Of a stretch of 64,000 nucleotides of DNA, positions 1 to 13,600 are shown piece after piece. How positions within the stretch are numbered: the first letter of the stretch is position 1; every line of letters begins with the position of its first letter. The position numbers were made by a program, and so were the translations under genes. The notes beneath the pieces were generated by a model. It saw nothing but the letters and a program-made list of their open reading frames with translations, was not told where the DNA came from and ran no database searches. Source of the DNA: Octopus sinensis (Eukaryota); assembly GCF_006345805.1 (NCBI RefSeq), contig NC_043007.1, positions 61,256,001-61,320,000 of the forward strand. The letters run 5' to 3'.

Positions 1-843
1 ACTTGACATGAGCCGGCCAGGCAGAAGACTACCTCAGGCTACTGTGTCTGTTTTGGCAGTGCTTTATGGTTGGATGCTCTTCCTAAAACCAGCCACTCTG
101 TGGAGTAGACTGAGTGCTTTTTATGTGGCACCAGTACAGGTGAGGTCAGTTTTGGCATGGTTTTTACAGCTGGATGCCCTTCCAAATGTCAACCACTTTA
201 CAGTGTGGACTGGATGTTCTTTACGTGGCACCAACACTGGCAGGGTCACCAAGGAATTTTGAGAGGAGAGGAGGCATTGGAGGAGGTAATCTTGTGTCTG
301 ATAATGTGAGGTTAGAGTGAGACAGAGAGGCAGAAACAGGTGTCTTGCTCTAGAGGAGGTATATGGTTATGGGAGAGAGAGAAAGAGGGAGAAGGAGAAA
401 GAGAGTGAGAGAAAGAAAGAGGGGGAAGGAGAAAGAGAGAGAGAAAGAAAGAGGGGGAAGGAGAAAGAGAGAGAGAAAGAGGGGGAAGTAGAGAGAGAGA
501 GGTGTGCTGATGTAAAAGAGATACTTGGTTACCTAGCCAGAGGAAAAAGCAAGAGAAGGAGAGAGAGAGAGTGAGAGAAATAGCAAAGGTACAAGAGAGA
601 GCAGGAGGTAGATGGTAGTGAAGTGCTATAGTATACTCACAAGTAACAGGGATCAGAACATTGATGGGATGGTAGAGTAAGGAAGGGAGAGATAAATGGT
701 GGCAATTGCCAAGGCATGTCTTCAAGGTACAGAGGTCATAATATATATAAATGTCATCATCATCATTGTCGAATTTCAGTATATATATATATATGATGAG
801 GATTTTATGGTGGGTAAAAAGACAGAAAAATATTGCGGCTTAC

Positions 844-930
844 CATATTCATTATCATCACCAACATTTTCGTTTGTTTGGGTAACATTTGAAACTTCAG
901 CAACATTTGGATCTAACTCTTCTGTAACTT
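844..930 (-). CDS. DNAAF3: DNAAF3 exon 12 (EVTEELDPNVAEVSNVTQTNENVGDDNEY), acidic linker
   Basis: 87-nt phase 1-1 open exon, AAAAG acceptor, GTAAGC donor; corresponds to the variable linker region. Confidence 0.7.
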
Positions 931-944
931 CTTTTAAAGCATGA

Positions 945-1015
<71 letters not shown>

Positions 1016-1447
1016 TGATAATAGTCCTATGGGGTTGACTGACTATGAGATTGAAGAAAGACAACCAGATACTATCATTCTGGACAAAGTGTCAAAAGAG
1101 TGCATCATCAAAGATGTGGCTGTGTCTACTGATATGTTAAAGAACAGGTAAAAAATTAGAAATTTCTGAAACTTAGTAAGGGAAATGCAAAGGTTGTGGA
1201 GGGTTTCTGCAAAAGTAATCCTAGTCGTTATAAGCATCCTGGATACTGTTAGCATCAGACTTCATAGTTTCCTTAATGAGAGTGGACTAACTATGAGAAT
1301 TTCATCAATACAGAAATATGTTCTTTTAGGAAGAGCAAAGATTGCTAGAAAAGTCCTTGATATCTAAGGAAACTAGTTGTGACCCAGTAACAAAGACACT
1401 GATTCCAAATGTAACACATTTGTGCATACCATTAAATAATAATAATG

Positions 1448-1498
<51 letters not shown>

Positions 1499-1834
1499 GT
1501 TTCAAATTTTGGCACAGGGCCAGCAGTTTTTGAAGGGAAGAGGAAGTTGTTACTTGGCTGGAACTTATTCTAACAACCCTGATATGATAAAAGGCAAAGT
1601 CGACCATGGCAGAATCTGAACTCAGAACGTCAAGATGGATGAAATGGTGCTAAGCATTTTGTCTCATGTGCTAATGATTCTGCCAACTCTCTTACTTATA
1701 ATGGTTTCAAATTTTGGCACAAGGCCAGCAGTTTAGTGAAAGGGGTAAGGATTACATCAACCATATGCTCAACTGTGGTGTGCTAATTATTCTGCCAGCT
1801 TACTGCCTTCAGGTTGACGATGATGATGATGATG

Positions 1835-1871
<37 letters not shown>

Positions 1872-1888
1872 TAATTGTGGTGATGATG

Positions 1889-1923
<35 letters not shown>

Positions 1924-4900
1924 ATACTAGTTGTAATAATGCTGGTGGTAGTGAAAATATTGGTATTTGTAGTAATAACAGTAATAATATGTCAGGTCAC
2001 TTTTTTAGTGCTACTGGTAACATATTATCCAGTACAATCTGTTTCATGGTCTTGCAGCTGGCAACTAAACTGACAACCCTACCAAGTGCTTGCTTGGTAA
2101 TGAGGGTGACTTTTGTTGGACACTCTACAGAACAAGAAACAAAACTGTGCTGTTATTGAATTGAGGAGAGGGTGAAAAGTAGACAGCAATGGAGTACAAC
2201 TTCCAGATGATAAGTGCATAGGAGAAGTGATTGGAGAGGGTTACAGGTATCCTAGTGTTTTACAATTAGGCCTAATGATGAACACCAAGGCGAAGGAAAA
2301 CATTTCCAATCTACACAGACAAGAAGCTGCAATATAACTGATCAGATATCATTCTTCTATGGACCTTCATCTGCAGACCAGAATATTGTGAAGACAGGAT
2401 GAAAAAGTTGGGAAGTACCAAGACTTAGCATTTGAAGTGAAATACATCCACAGAGCCTCAAAAGTGAGTGCGCTATTGTGATCAATGCACTTTGGATCAT
2501 GTCAAAGAAAGCAATATTCTGGTATCAAAAGCAACAAATATCAAACTTCATAGGATGTACTTGGTTGGTGGCAATAAGTAGAACAGCATATGTGATGAGA
2601 AAAGTGTTGCATCTCTAAGCTTCAGGATGGAGCTGAGATGTGACATAGATAACTCAGTAAAAGATAGAATAATAAATATCATCATCAGCAATAACAACAG
2701 CAGCAGCAGCAATGTAGATACAAGGCCTTAAATTTGAGGGATGAGGCTAGTCAGTTAAATTGTCCTCAGTACTTGACTGGTACTTGATCTTAGACACTGT
2801 GGGAAAATTGTTATCTCTGCCCAGTGCAGTTTGGACAAAGGCACAAAACAAATGTTGTTAAATGTGTGATACCAACAGAAATAACTGGTGGTAGGTCTGG
2901 TTGGTTGTAGGTAAAGATGGTGAGCTTCTCAGCTAAGTGTCACACACCTCTTTATGGTTGTGGGGAGGTCATTGATGATAAGCATGTAAACATAAGTTGT
3001 ATAGTGTTAGATACAGATCAGGGAATCAAACAACAGTCTCCCTTAGTCTAGCAAACCCAACTCCAATGCACAGATTGTACCAGACAAGCTCAATCAAATG
3101 CAGAAAGTAGTTATCATTGAGTAATGTTGTCATGGATAAACTGTGATATGCCTGAAGAAAGAATATGGGATGGATCTACTTTATCAAGACTAACCTTAGC
3201 TAAACAACAACACCAGCAGCAGCAGCAGCACCACCACCACCACCACCACAGCCGCAGCAACAACAACAATAACAACAACAGCAGCAGCAGGTATATCTAT
3301 TCCTAATGAATCATGAAAAATGAAAGCACAGGCACTGCTGTGTGGTAAGAAGCTTGCTTTCCAACCACAAAGTTCTGGGTTCAGTCCCACCATGTAGCAC
3401 CTTGGGCAAGTGTCTTGAGCTGACCAAAGCTTTGTGAGTGGATTTGGTAGACAGAAACTGAAAGAAGTCCATCATATATGTATGTATTTATGTATGAGTG
3501 TCTTTGTGTCTGTGCTTGTTCCCCACTGGTGTTGGTGTGTTTATGTCCCCATAACTTAGTGCTTTGGCAACAGAAACTGATAGAATAAGTACCAGGCTTT
3601 AAAAAGTAATAAGTACTGGGGTGATTCATTTGACTAAAAATTCTTCAAGGCAGTGCTCTAGAATGGCCACAGTCTAATGACTGAATCAAGTAAAAGGTAA
3701 AAGAAAAGGTAAACGAATAAAACATTTTCAGGAGAAACTCTTACCTGTAACTTTATTGTCAGTAGTATTAGTTTCTTTGGGAGGAATATAAGTCTCCCCA
3801 GTCATTATTGTATGAAACATTGAAGTAAGGTTATGTTCAGTAACATTTCGAGCAGTCTGCACAGAAATATATAATTACAACCAGAATAACTATTTTTCAA
3901 AATATCATGTATTGTCTTACTTTTTTTAAAAGAAAATTGTTATTTTACAGACAAAGGAAGTAAAATGGTAAATGCTTAATAACAGCCTATCACAAATATT
4001 TGTTCAGATTTTAGCCAAGAATTTTGATTCAGGATAGGAAGATTGAACAATAACACTGTGGGAAATTATAAGACAGGAAAAATTAAACTGAAATAATTCC
4101 AAAAATTAGTGAAATTCTGACATTTTGAGTTCAAATCTTGCCAAGGTCAACTTTGCTTTTCAGCCTTTTGGGGTTGACAAAATAAAGTACTTGCTAGGTA
4201 GTTGTTGGTTGTCTCTTCAGTTCAAGAAAGACAATTTCTTAATTTCTTCCTGAACGACCTGCACAGATGATTTGTTTATAGAGATTAAATGTTTGTGTGG
4301 TGCATGAGATCACTCTCTCCATCAAATATTACAATCATGAGTGCAACACCCTAACCATTAAGCCATACATCTTCAGACAAGTACCAGTGAGGTAGATAGG
4401 GTAATATAATTGATAAGAACCCTAAAACCAGATAAAGTGGGATAAGATATTTAGTTGCATTGTTATCTTTTACTGGTTTCAGTCACTGGTCTTTGACCAC
4501 ACAGGAACATTCACTTTTTCACCTTTTTAGGATGCAATTAATTACATTGACTCCCAGTATTTTGATGAAAGGCAATATGGACTAGAGTATAATTTGAACT
4601 CCAAACATAAAGGGACATAATCAAATACTCCTAAATGTTTTGTTTGATGCTCTACCAGTTCTGCCATTCACTCACCCTGATTTCAATTGTTGCCAAGAGT
4701 AATTTTTGCCTTTCATCCTTTAGGAGATGATTGATAAAATAAATATCAGTCAAGTACTGAGAATAATTTAATTCATTGGGGCCCCTCAAAATGTCTGTGG
4801 TCTTGTGCTGTTGTTAAAAGTTATTAGGTAGAGGGGCTACCACAGAAATATACAAGATTCAACAGGCACTTCCATATTTCATCAATATCTGAGATCCGGA

Positions 4901-7900
4901 GGTAAATTATTCCACATAGTTATTTCAAAACAATTACAATACAATGTTTCCAATAGGTATTATATGAATTGTCCTCTGCTGTACTGTACCATAACATAGT
5001 ATTCCTTACCAGCTTTTACTATGTTAGCATTCAATCTGAGTTCAGCAACCATTCATTTTGAGAGACACTGTTTTATATACTACTTACCTTTCTGTAGTAT
5101 CCATTGAATTTTTTGAATAGTTCTTTAAAGTCACTTTCAATTCCCATTGCAATATATGGTCCAACTAAAATATCTCCCCAGTAACCTCTCAGATTTATTC
5201 TTTCGCCATTCTGTAAAATAAAAGGAAACAAATTTGAATCAAGATAAAATTTCTGATTTGAAATGGAAGCCAAAAATTTTTGTTAGCGGTAATTGACAAA
5301 AATTCAATGCTTTTTGTATAATTTTTATAATTTTTCTGTCAAATCCAGGAATTGAAATCCAGGAATTGAACTCACAATCGTCAGATCACGGGTTCAATTC
5401 TTGGACTTGGCAGCATGTGTTCTTCAATAAAAAGCTTTATTTCACATTGCTCCAGTCTACTCAGCTGTAAATAGGTAACTTTGAGATGGATTAGAGGGAG
5501 AATGTTGGCCTGTTAGTCTAGCCAGCAGGATGACATCATTCAAAAGCTAAAACAATCCAAAGTGCATTCTGATCAGTGATGTATAACAACATCTGATAGT
5601 CTAGTTGACCATGTAGTCCAGTTGACCATGTGGTCACATGGTATATATAATCATTTACTTGTTTCATTCATTTGACTGTAGCCATGTTGGAGCACCCCCC
5701 ACTCCAGCATGGCTATAGTTCGTACTACTGTAGAAAATCTGTCAGAACAAATTCTGTCTGACCCATGCAAGCATGGAAAAGTGGACAGTAAAATAATGAT
5801 AATGATGATGATAGTGGTGGTGATAATGTTGCTGCTGGTATTGATGATGATCATGATGGTGATAAAAATGAAGTAAAATGAGAAACTAAGAAGCTTAAAA
5901 CATTCTACTTCGTTTAGACTCATTGACTTAATTTAATTTAATTTTAATTAAGCATAAGGTAAAGTTTTGTAGAGAGGAATATGGTCATTTGAATTGATCT
6001 TCTAAGAATATTATTAATTTATTGATTCTATAATGATTGAAATCAGAAATAGCATGTGAACTCATAACAATGAGTTATTGAACTAAATTCTAATAAAACA
6101 TTCTGTAAGTATTTCTGCTGCTTTCCTAACCAACTTCTCTAAATTGAGATTCAACAATTTTGCAGAAATAGATAAATGTTGATATTATAAACTAGTAGCT
6201 TAACTGAGAACTCTTGTTCTTTCTTTTGACAGGAAAAACAGTCTGGAGGACACACACACACACAGTATCATCATAATCATCATCGTTATTGTCATCATCA
6301 TTTAAAGTCCATTTTTCCATGCTGGTACAGGTTTGAAGGTTTGACAGGAGCTGGCAACCCAGAAAACTTCACTTGGCTTCCCTGTCTGTTTTGGCATGGT
6401 TTTTTTATAGCTGGATGTCCTTCCTAACACCAACCACCTTACAGAGTGGACCTGTATGTACAAGATATTTAATCTATGGAACCTACCTTCATCAGAATTA
6501 TTCCTGAAGCTAGGGTTGTATTGGGTAAAACATAGTCACCATCGCGGTTCTCAAATGCCACTCCAATATTTCTCCACTTCTTGTATTCATGCTTATCTAT
6601 TACATCAGCCTGTTCAGTGTAGCAAAAACGAAAATAAAAAGAAAAGACTATTATCAAGATTGCAAATGTTATGACATAAAACATAAACATATTCAGAAAC
6701 TGCATGTGGTTCATATAACTTTGAACATGTGAAAATACTCCTGCCCCACCACTGCCTCCAGTGCCCCGGCTACTCCATTACCTACTTTTTATTGTTTGCA
6801 AAAAGAATTCATTCCATTTGCCAGCCTTCATCTGTTTCTAAGGTAATATTTCCCCATGGTTGGAAATATTTTCAGGGAAAATTAGAAGCAAACACTGTTT
6901 GTTGGATGGTGATGCTTATTTAGAACCATTATGTGATGTCAAGACAGAAACACAAACACAAACACATCAGTGCATGCACACACACTTATAACATACATAC
7001 ACATCACCATATATCACCAGTACCTTATTTCTCATCATTTAATATTCATGTGCCATGTTGTCATGAATTGGTTGGCATTAGGAAGGGTATCCAGCCATAG
7101 AAACTTTGCCAAAACAGGCAGCTGGGACTTGGTGTGGCACTGGATTGCCAGTTCCTGTCAAACTGTCCAACCTATGCCAGCATGGAAAACAGACGTTAAA
7201 TGATTATGATGATATATAAATATGGTGACTAAACCATAAGATCCATACCAAGGTGTTTTCAGTGATGGAAAGCAATTGATTATATGGAGGACTGGGTAGC
7301 AGGTAAGAAGTAATTAGAAAAACAGCCCTAATGTTATGCTCATGACAAAAATGTTATTCAACCATTTCTTCGATACTAGTTAGTTGCATTGCCAAAAGAT
7401 GGGAATGTGTTCCTCCTCAAACCTCTGACCTTGAATGTAACCAGACCTTAAGATCAACATCATAGCTTCAGTCATGTAAAACGGAGATAAAAGTTGACTT
7501 CTATCACAATTTTACTTCTATTAGTAATCACTAAAAGCTACTTGGCTACTATGGTGTGGACTCGTTTAGTTTCCTACACACACATACACACACACACACA
7601 TGCACAAACATATAATATTATATTAATACCCTATTGTTATACTTGGGAATGGTCATATTTTGCCAATTAAACACACACACTAAATGTTTGTTCTTTACTT
7701 CAGCATAATTATTATTATTATTATTATTTTAGTTCTTTTGTCAAAGCTCTTTCATCACACATCCTGTGATCTCTTCAGTGACTCCTCTTGTTCTGTCTTT
7801 TTGTAGTTAATTGACAAAATATGACCATCCCCAAGTATAACAATATCTGTTTCAAAACACAATTTCACATCAAGAATCTTTCAAAACAAATATATAAATG

Positions 7901-10564
7901 TAATATATTAATACCCCTTTTTCAACAAGTCTCATGTGATAATCCCAGTCAAAAGCATTCATTTTGGTGTCATATCTCGTTTGTAGGTAGCTTCGTAATC
8001 TGGTCTCCCTATCAAATAAATACCATATTTCTTTGCATATAATATGCCTCACTGATTATGGGCAAAAATATCACTTATATATAATACACACTGGCTTTTC
8101 CTTAGTAATATGATGTATAGAAAAAAATGTTTAACCCTTTAGCATTCAGATTACTCTATCAAATGTAATGTTTATTTACTCACATTGTTTTGGATTAATC
8201 ATGGATTAACTCATAGCTTTGAGATTTAAATGATGTGTGATTGTTTTTAGAATGACATTGTAATGTAGGTGTGAAAGGCTACATCTGGTTGGTTTGAGCA
8301 TAAAACAGGTAAAATATTTGGGCTGGATACGGCAAGTTTAACTGCTAAAAGGTTAATCAAATTTATTGTTATTAGTGTATAGATGGATTAAGTAATACTT
8401 TGCTTCATTGAAATATAGGAATATATGCAAGAAAGAATTAAGTAAAGGAAAGTAAAACAATAAGCTCATATATCCTAAACAAAACAAAAGGTAATTTCAA
8501 AAGTGACTTTTGAATTTTATCAGTGTAGGCTGCAAAAGTGTATGTTGTAAAGTTAAAGCTATGAAAAGTTTCTTTTTATATAAATTAAAACATGACATTT
8601 TAAGTTTTCAGAAAGTGAAAAGAGCCTCTTAAACACTCTTTATTCAGTATTTTGTATGTAATTTCATGGAACATAAATTATGCTGGCATTGTACATTTAT
8701 AGTATTTCTATCTCATGATAATGACAAACAGCCTCACCTCCAAAACTGAGATTTATTGCTATCAAATCTTAGTTTTATTTTCTGACTACTTATATCAACA
8801 ATTATGAGTCAAATTGTAGTTAATAAGACACCGATCAATGCAATCACTGATGTAGGCATACAAATTTTCACAACTGGGACAAAGGAATCCCAAGGAATTC
8901 TTACTATCAACCTTTAATGCAAAAGGATATAATAGACATAATGCAATATTTAAACACTTTCATTATACTTCAGTTTAAATTCTTTCTTTATTGAATGCTT
9001 TCAATATATGAGGGGTGTATGAAAAGTTTTGAGCCTAACTTTGAAACAGGGCTGCTAGGTAGCTGAAACAACTTTTTTCTGGTAAGTACAGTCTTTTCGG
9101 AGTATTCTTACTCATTTTCATGATTCTGATATTTAAATTCTTTTTGTTACAGATTTTTGAATAAACAAGTGTCGAGGTTACAAGGAAAATGGAGAAAACT
9201 GAGTATCGTGCTGTCATAAAGTACCTTCATTTAAAAGGCATGACTCCATCAGAAATTAATTTAGATATGGTGAGAACCTTAACAGACAATGCTCCTTCAT
9301 ATGCAACAGTTAAATACTGGGTAAATGAATTCCAGCGTGGCAGGGAGAGTGTAGAAGATGATCCCAGACCGGGGAGACCTCCAACTGCAACCACCGGGGA
9401 CAACATTGACCTTGCTCTTGGTATGATAATGCAAGATTGTTGAATATCCTGTCATCAGATAGCCAAGAGACTGGGCATCTCAACTGAAAAAGCAGACAAC
9501 ACTGTCACAAAAGAACTTGGGTTCTCAAAGGTTTCTGCAAGGTGGGTCCCTCACCTTTTAACTCCTGAACAGAAACGCACCAGGTGCACTTTGTCCACAA
9601 GCAACCTGGAACTGTTTGAAGCCGATGAAGAGAATTTTCTTGTTCGTTTCATTACTATGGACGAAAGTTGGGTTCATCACTACTGGCCTGTAACAAAAGA
9701 ACAATCAAAGCAGTGGAAGCACACATCTTCTCCTACCTCAAAGAAAGCCAGGGTCATTCCTTCAGCTGGCAAGGTCATGGCGTCAGTTTTTTGGGGATTC
9801 TCAAGGTGTCTTGCTGATCAATTACATTGAAAAGGGTCACACCATGACAGGGCTGTATTATTCTCAGCTACTGAAACGCCTTCGAGAAGCAATAAAAAAA
9901 AATGGTCAGGAATGCTCACCAGAGGAGTCCTTTTTCATCACGACAATGCTCCAGCCCACACCTCAGTGGTTGCCATGGCAACAATTCGTGATTGTGGATA
10001 TGAACTTGTTCCCCATCCACCTTATTTGCCACTCAGACTATTCCCAAAAATGAAAAAAGCCCTGGCTGGTCGCCATTTTGTCAGTGACAATAATGTTATA
10101 GATGCTGCAGGTTGTTTCTTGGAGTCTCAAACAAAAGAGTTCCTCTACGCCGAGATAATGGCACTTCAACCTCGCTGGAGAAAGTGTTCAGCCATCAAGG
10201 GGGACTATGTTGAAAAATAAATCATCAGAAGTCTTCTACTATGTTTTGTCTTTTTGAGGCTCAAGACTTTTCTTACACCCCTCGTATATATATATATATA
10301 TATAAATATGGTGAGGTGATCCCCTTCGGTCAGACACTGACCATGGGTTTGCACCCAAGAGAGTTACCCTCTGAGGCACAAGTCAGGGCAAGGTTGTTTT
10401 ATGGAAGACCAGCAGTCGGCCATGCATACCAGCCTCCCCTCTCCACGTCACCGATGTTGTCCAAGGGAAAGGCAAGGGCCGATACAGCTTGGCACCTGTG
10501 ACGTCGCAACTCATTTCTACAGCTGAGTGAAGTGGAGCAACGTGAAATAAAGTGTCTTGCTCAA

Positions 10565-10625
<61 letters not shown>

Positions 10626-13600
10626 GTAACATTTGTACAATGTTCTGCATTATGTGTTTAATTTTTCCTTTGGCTCTTAGAGCTGCTATTACTGTGTCCT
10701 TGAATGGTTCACCATTTCTGGGTATTAACCTGCATAGGCCGTCAGCTTTTTCAAAGGCAAATATTCCATAGCATAGTTGTAGTTTAGTAGTATGGTGCCC
10801 CATCGCCGCAAACTGTTTGCTGTATGTACTGGGATTCTTTTCTTGGATCCATAAATCATTAGCAACAAGTGATGGTCTGTTTGTAGTCTAAACCGTCTGC
10901 CTGGCATGCTAACGATTCTGCCAGCTCGCTGCCTTATATATATCTATATATATAAAACTGTAGTTGTGTGAGTGTCTGTCTCCTACGATTTAGATTCCTA
11001 ACTCCTCCCACATTTTGCGGTGCAGTTTAACCAAATTCGGGTATCTTATAGTAGTGATTCATATCGAGCCCGTCTGAGTATTAGCGCGCGTCTATGATTA
11101 GTCTACGATTTAAAAAATAATTTAACATAATTTTTTATTCCATTTTAATGCATAATTTTTCGTGTGTCGATGGCGGCGGAGTTGGAATCCATGGTCACAC
11201 CTGCACCTGTGTTGCTTCTCCCCCTTCTTCCCTCCCTCGTGAAGCTGTGGGGAAGGGAGTTTAAGGAAATCAACGTCGTAATGCATTGTCAAGGAGACCA
11301 GCGTTCTTTTAGAACAACGACTTCCTGGCTTGAAGACACCAAAACAGAAATGGCTAAGAAAGCCCGAATTGGCATCTATAAAAGAAGTAACTCTCTAAAA
11401 ATGCTTATATAGTTATTTCCCTTACAAACCCGAGCAACGCCAGGCGATACTGCTAGTATGGCATATATATTTCCGTCACTGGACAAGACACTGGTTTGTT
11501 GTAGGATTACTAATTTTTTCCTGCTGAGTGGACTAAAGTAATGCATCACCTGGTCCAAGAATTTAAAACACAATCTTATGATCATAAATATTCAACACCC
11601 TAACCATTAAGCCATGCACCTCCACATACACACACACACACACAATGGGCTTCTTTCAGTTTCTTATTTCTTTATTGCCTACAAGGGGCTAAACTCAGAG
11701 GGGACAAACAAGGACAGACGAAGGGATTAAGTCGATTACATCGACCCCAGTGCATAACTGATACTTAATTTATCAACCCCAAAAGGATGAAAGGCAAAGT
11801 CGACCTCAGCGGAATTTAAACTCAGAATGTAATGGCAAACGAAATACTGCTAAGCATTTCGCCCGGCGTGCTAACGATTCTGACAGCTTACCGCCTTCTT
11901 TCAGTTTCTGTCTACCAAATTTGCTCATAAGGCTTTGGTTGGATTGCAGCATTGGAGTCATTTGCCCAAGGTGCCATGCAGTGACATCATGTGGTTGGGA
12001 AGCAAAATTCTCAACCATGCATCCAATCATCTATTAAAGACATGAAAGATAATTTTCCTCCTGTATGGAAATCTTATCAAAGCTAACATTAACAACAGAC
12101 TATAGAATTAGGTGTGTTGCCTGTAGACACAAAAAGAACACTAATGGTCAATATGAATTCATTAAATATTAGTTGATAGTTCAATACTTAGTATACTAGC
12201 CAAAGATTGAAGCCTGGTGCAGCCATCTGGTTTGCCAGCCCTCAGTCAAATTGTCCAACCCTTGCTAGCATGGAAAGCAGACGTTAAATGATGATGATGG
12301 CGATGATGATATGATTCAATATTTTAAATAATTTAGATGCTGATATCTTTGTGCAAACAGGAATGAAGATAATGGAAAGTGAAAATTAATGTGATTTAAA
12401 GGTCAAATAACAAGAAATAAACTTACCAACACATGCTAATATCAAACAAATTTTTATCTGGGTTTCGCCAGAATTTTAGAATCCCTTCAAGGTAGTCTCT
12501 TTCTTTGAACTACTATGTCAAATAAATACAGGTAAATTATAGGTATCTTTATAAAAATAAAAGAAAAAAATTTCAAACAAAAACAACAAACAATGGTCTA
12601 ATATCTTCTATCTGTTTCAGTCATTAGCCATGCTGGGGCACCACCCCTGAAGAACTTTTAGTCAAATGAATCAACCCCAGTACTTATTTTTTTTTAAGTC
12701 AGATACTTATTCTATTGGTCTCTTTTTGCTGCTGAACCGCTAAGTTATGTGGATGTAAACAAACCAACACCAGCTGTCAAATGGCGGTGGTGGACAAATA
12801 CAAACATAAACACACATACACACACACAATGGATTTTTTTCAGTTTCTGTCTGCCAAATACACTCACAAGGCTTTGGTCACCCAAAGGTTATAGTAGAAG
12901 ACACTTGCTGAAGGTACCATGGAACCATGTGGTTGGGAATTTCAGAAATTCCAACAGTTATCTTTTTGATCCGTTAGTTCCAATGACAACACAATGTTGA
13001 GTTCCTGTCATTTTCCTCCAAACACTAACCTGTATCAATTCAAATAATAACATCAAGTGATCTAATCTTAATTTTCTATTAATACTCCCCACAAAACTTA
13101 ATATATTATAGTTCTTCCTTCTCAAATACAGTAATTTCATAAACTCTATATTTCTCATGCTACACTTCCCTAAAGGCTGCAATTAACTTTGGATTCGCAG
13201 AAATATGTGTCATTTCATAAAATTTTGCTAGTTATGAGGATGATTTGAACTCAAATATAAATTGCTTTTTTTGCACATTGGTACAAAGCAGTAGTGCATT
13301 TATTCAGAAAGGAGAATGATCAATTAGAAACCTGGGTACTTATTTTATTGTATTGACTCCAAGAAAGTACAAGGCAATGTCAAATCAAATAAAACTGAAT
13401 ACAGAGACACCAATTTCAATACTGTTAGACAGTTAGTCTAGGTGTACATTGTTTTTGTCTGTCTGTCTCTTTCTCACTACCAAACTGTTATATAGATGAA
13501 ACTATGGTAAAATTTATTACCTTTAACCTTGATATGTCAACAATAGGTAACTTCTCTTTCAAATAATCAAAGTCAGTTATCATCCTGAAAAAGAAAGAAA

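Noticed and set aside
312-3393. ORFs rich in poly-N, poly-D, poly-Q/H, ER or L/S repeats
   Set aside because: They are translations of (AAT)n, (GAT)n, (CAG/CAC)n and (GA)n microsatellites, with no splice or homology support.
10532-10771. YIYIYI-type ORFs here and at many other sites (21.9k, 31.4k, 33.7k, 38.9k, 42.2k)
   Set aside because: (TA)n tracts and SINE bodies, not genes.
12958-13182. Minus-strand ORF ending at a GTTAGT donor-like site in DNAAF3 intron 6
   Set aside because: No DNAAF3 similarity; exons 6 and 7 already join in frame.
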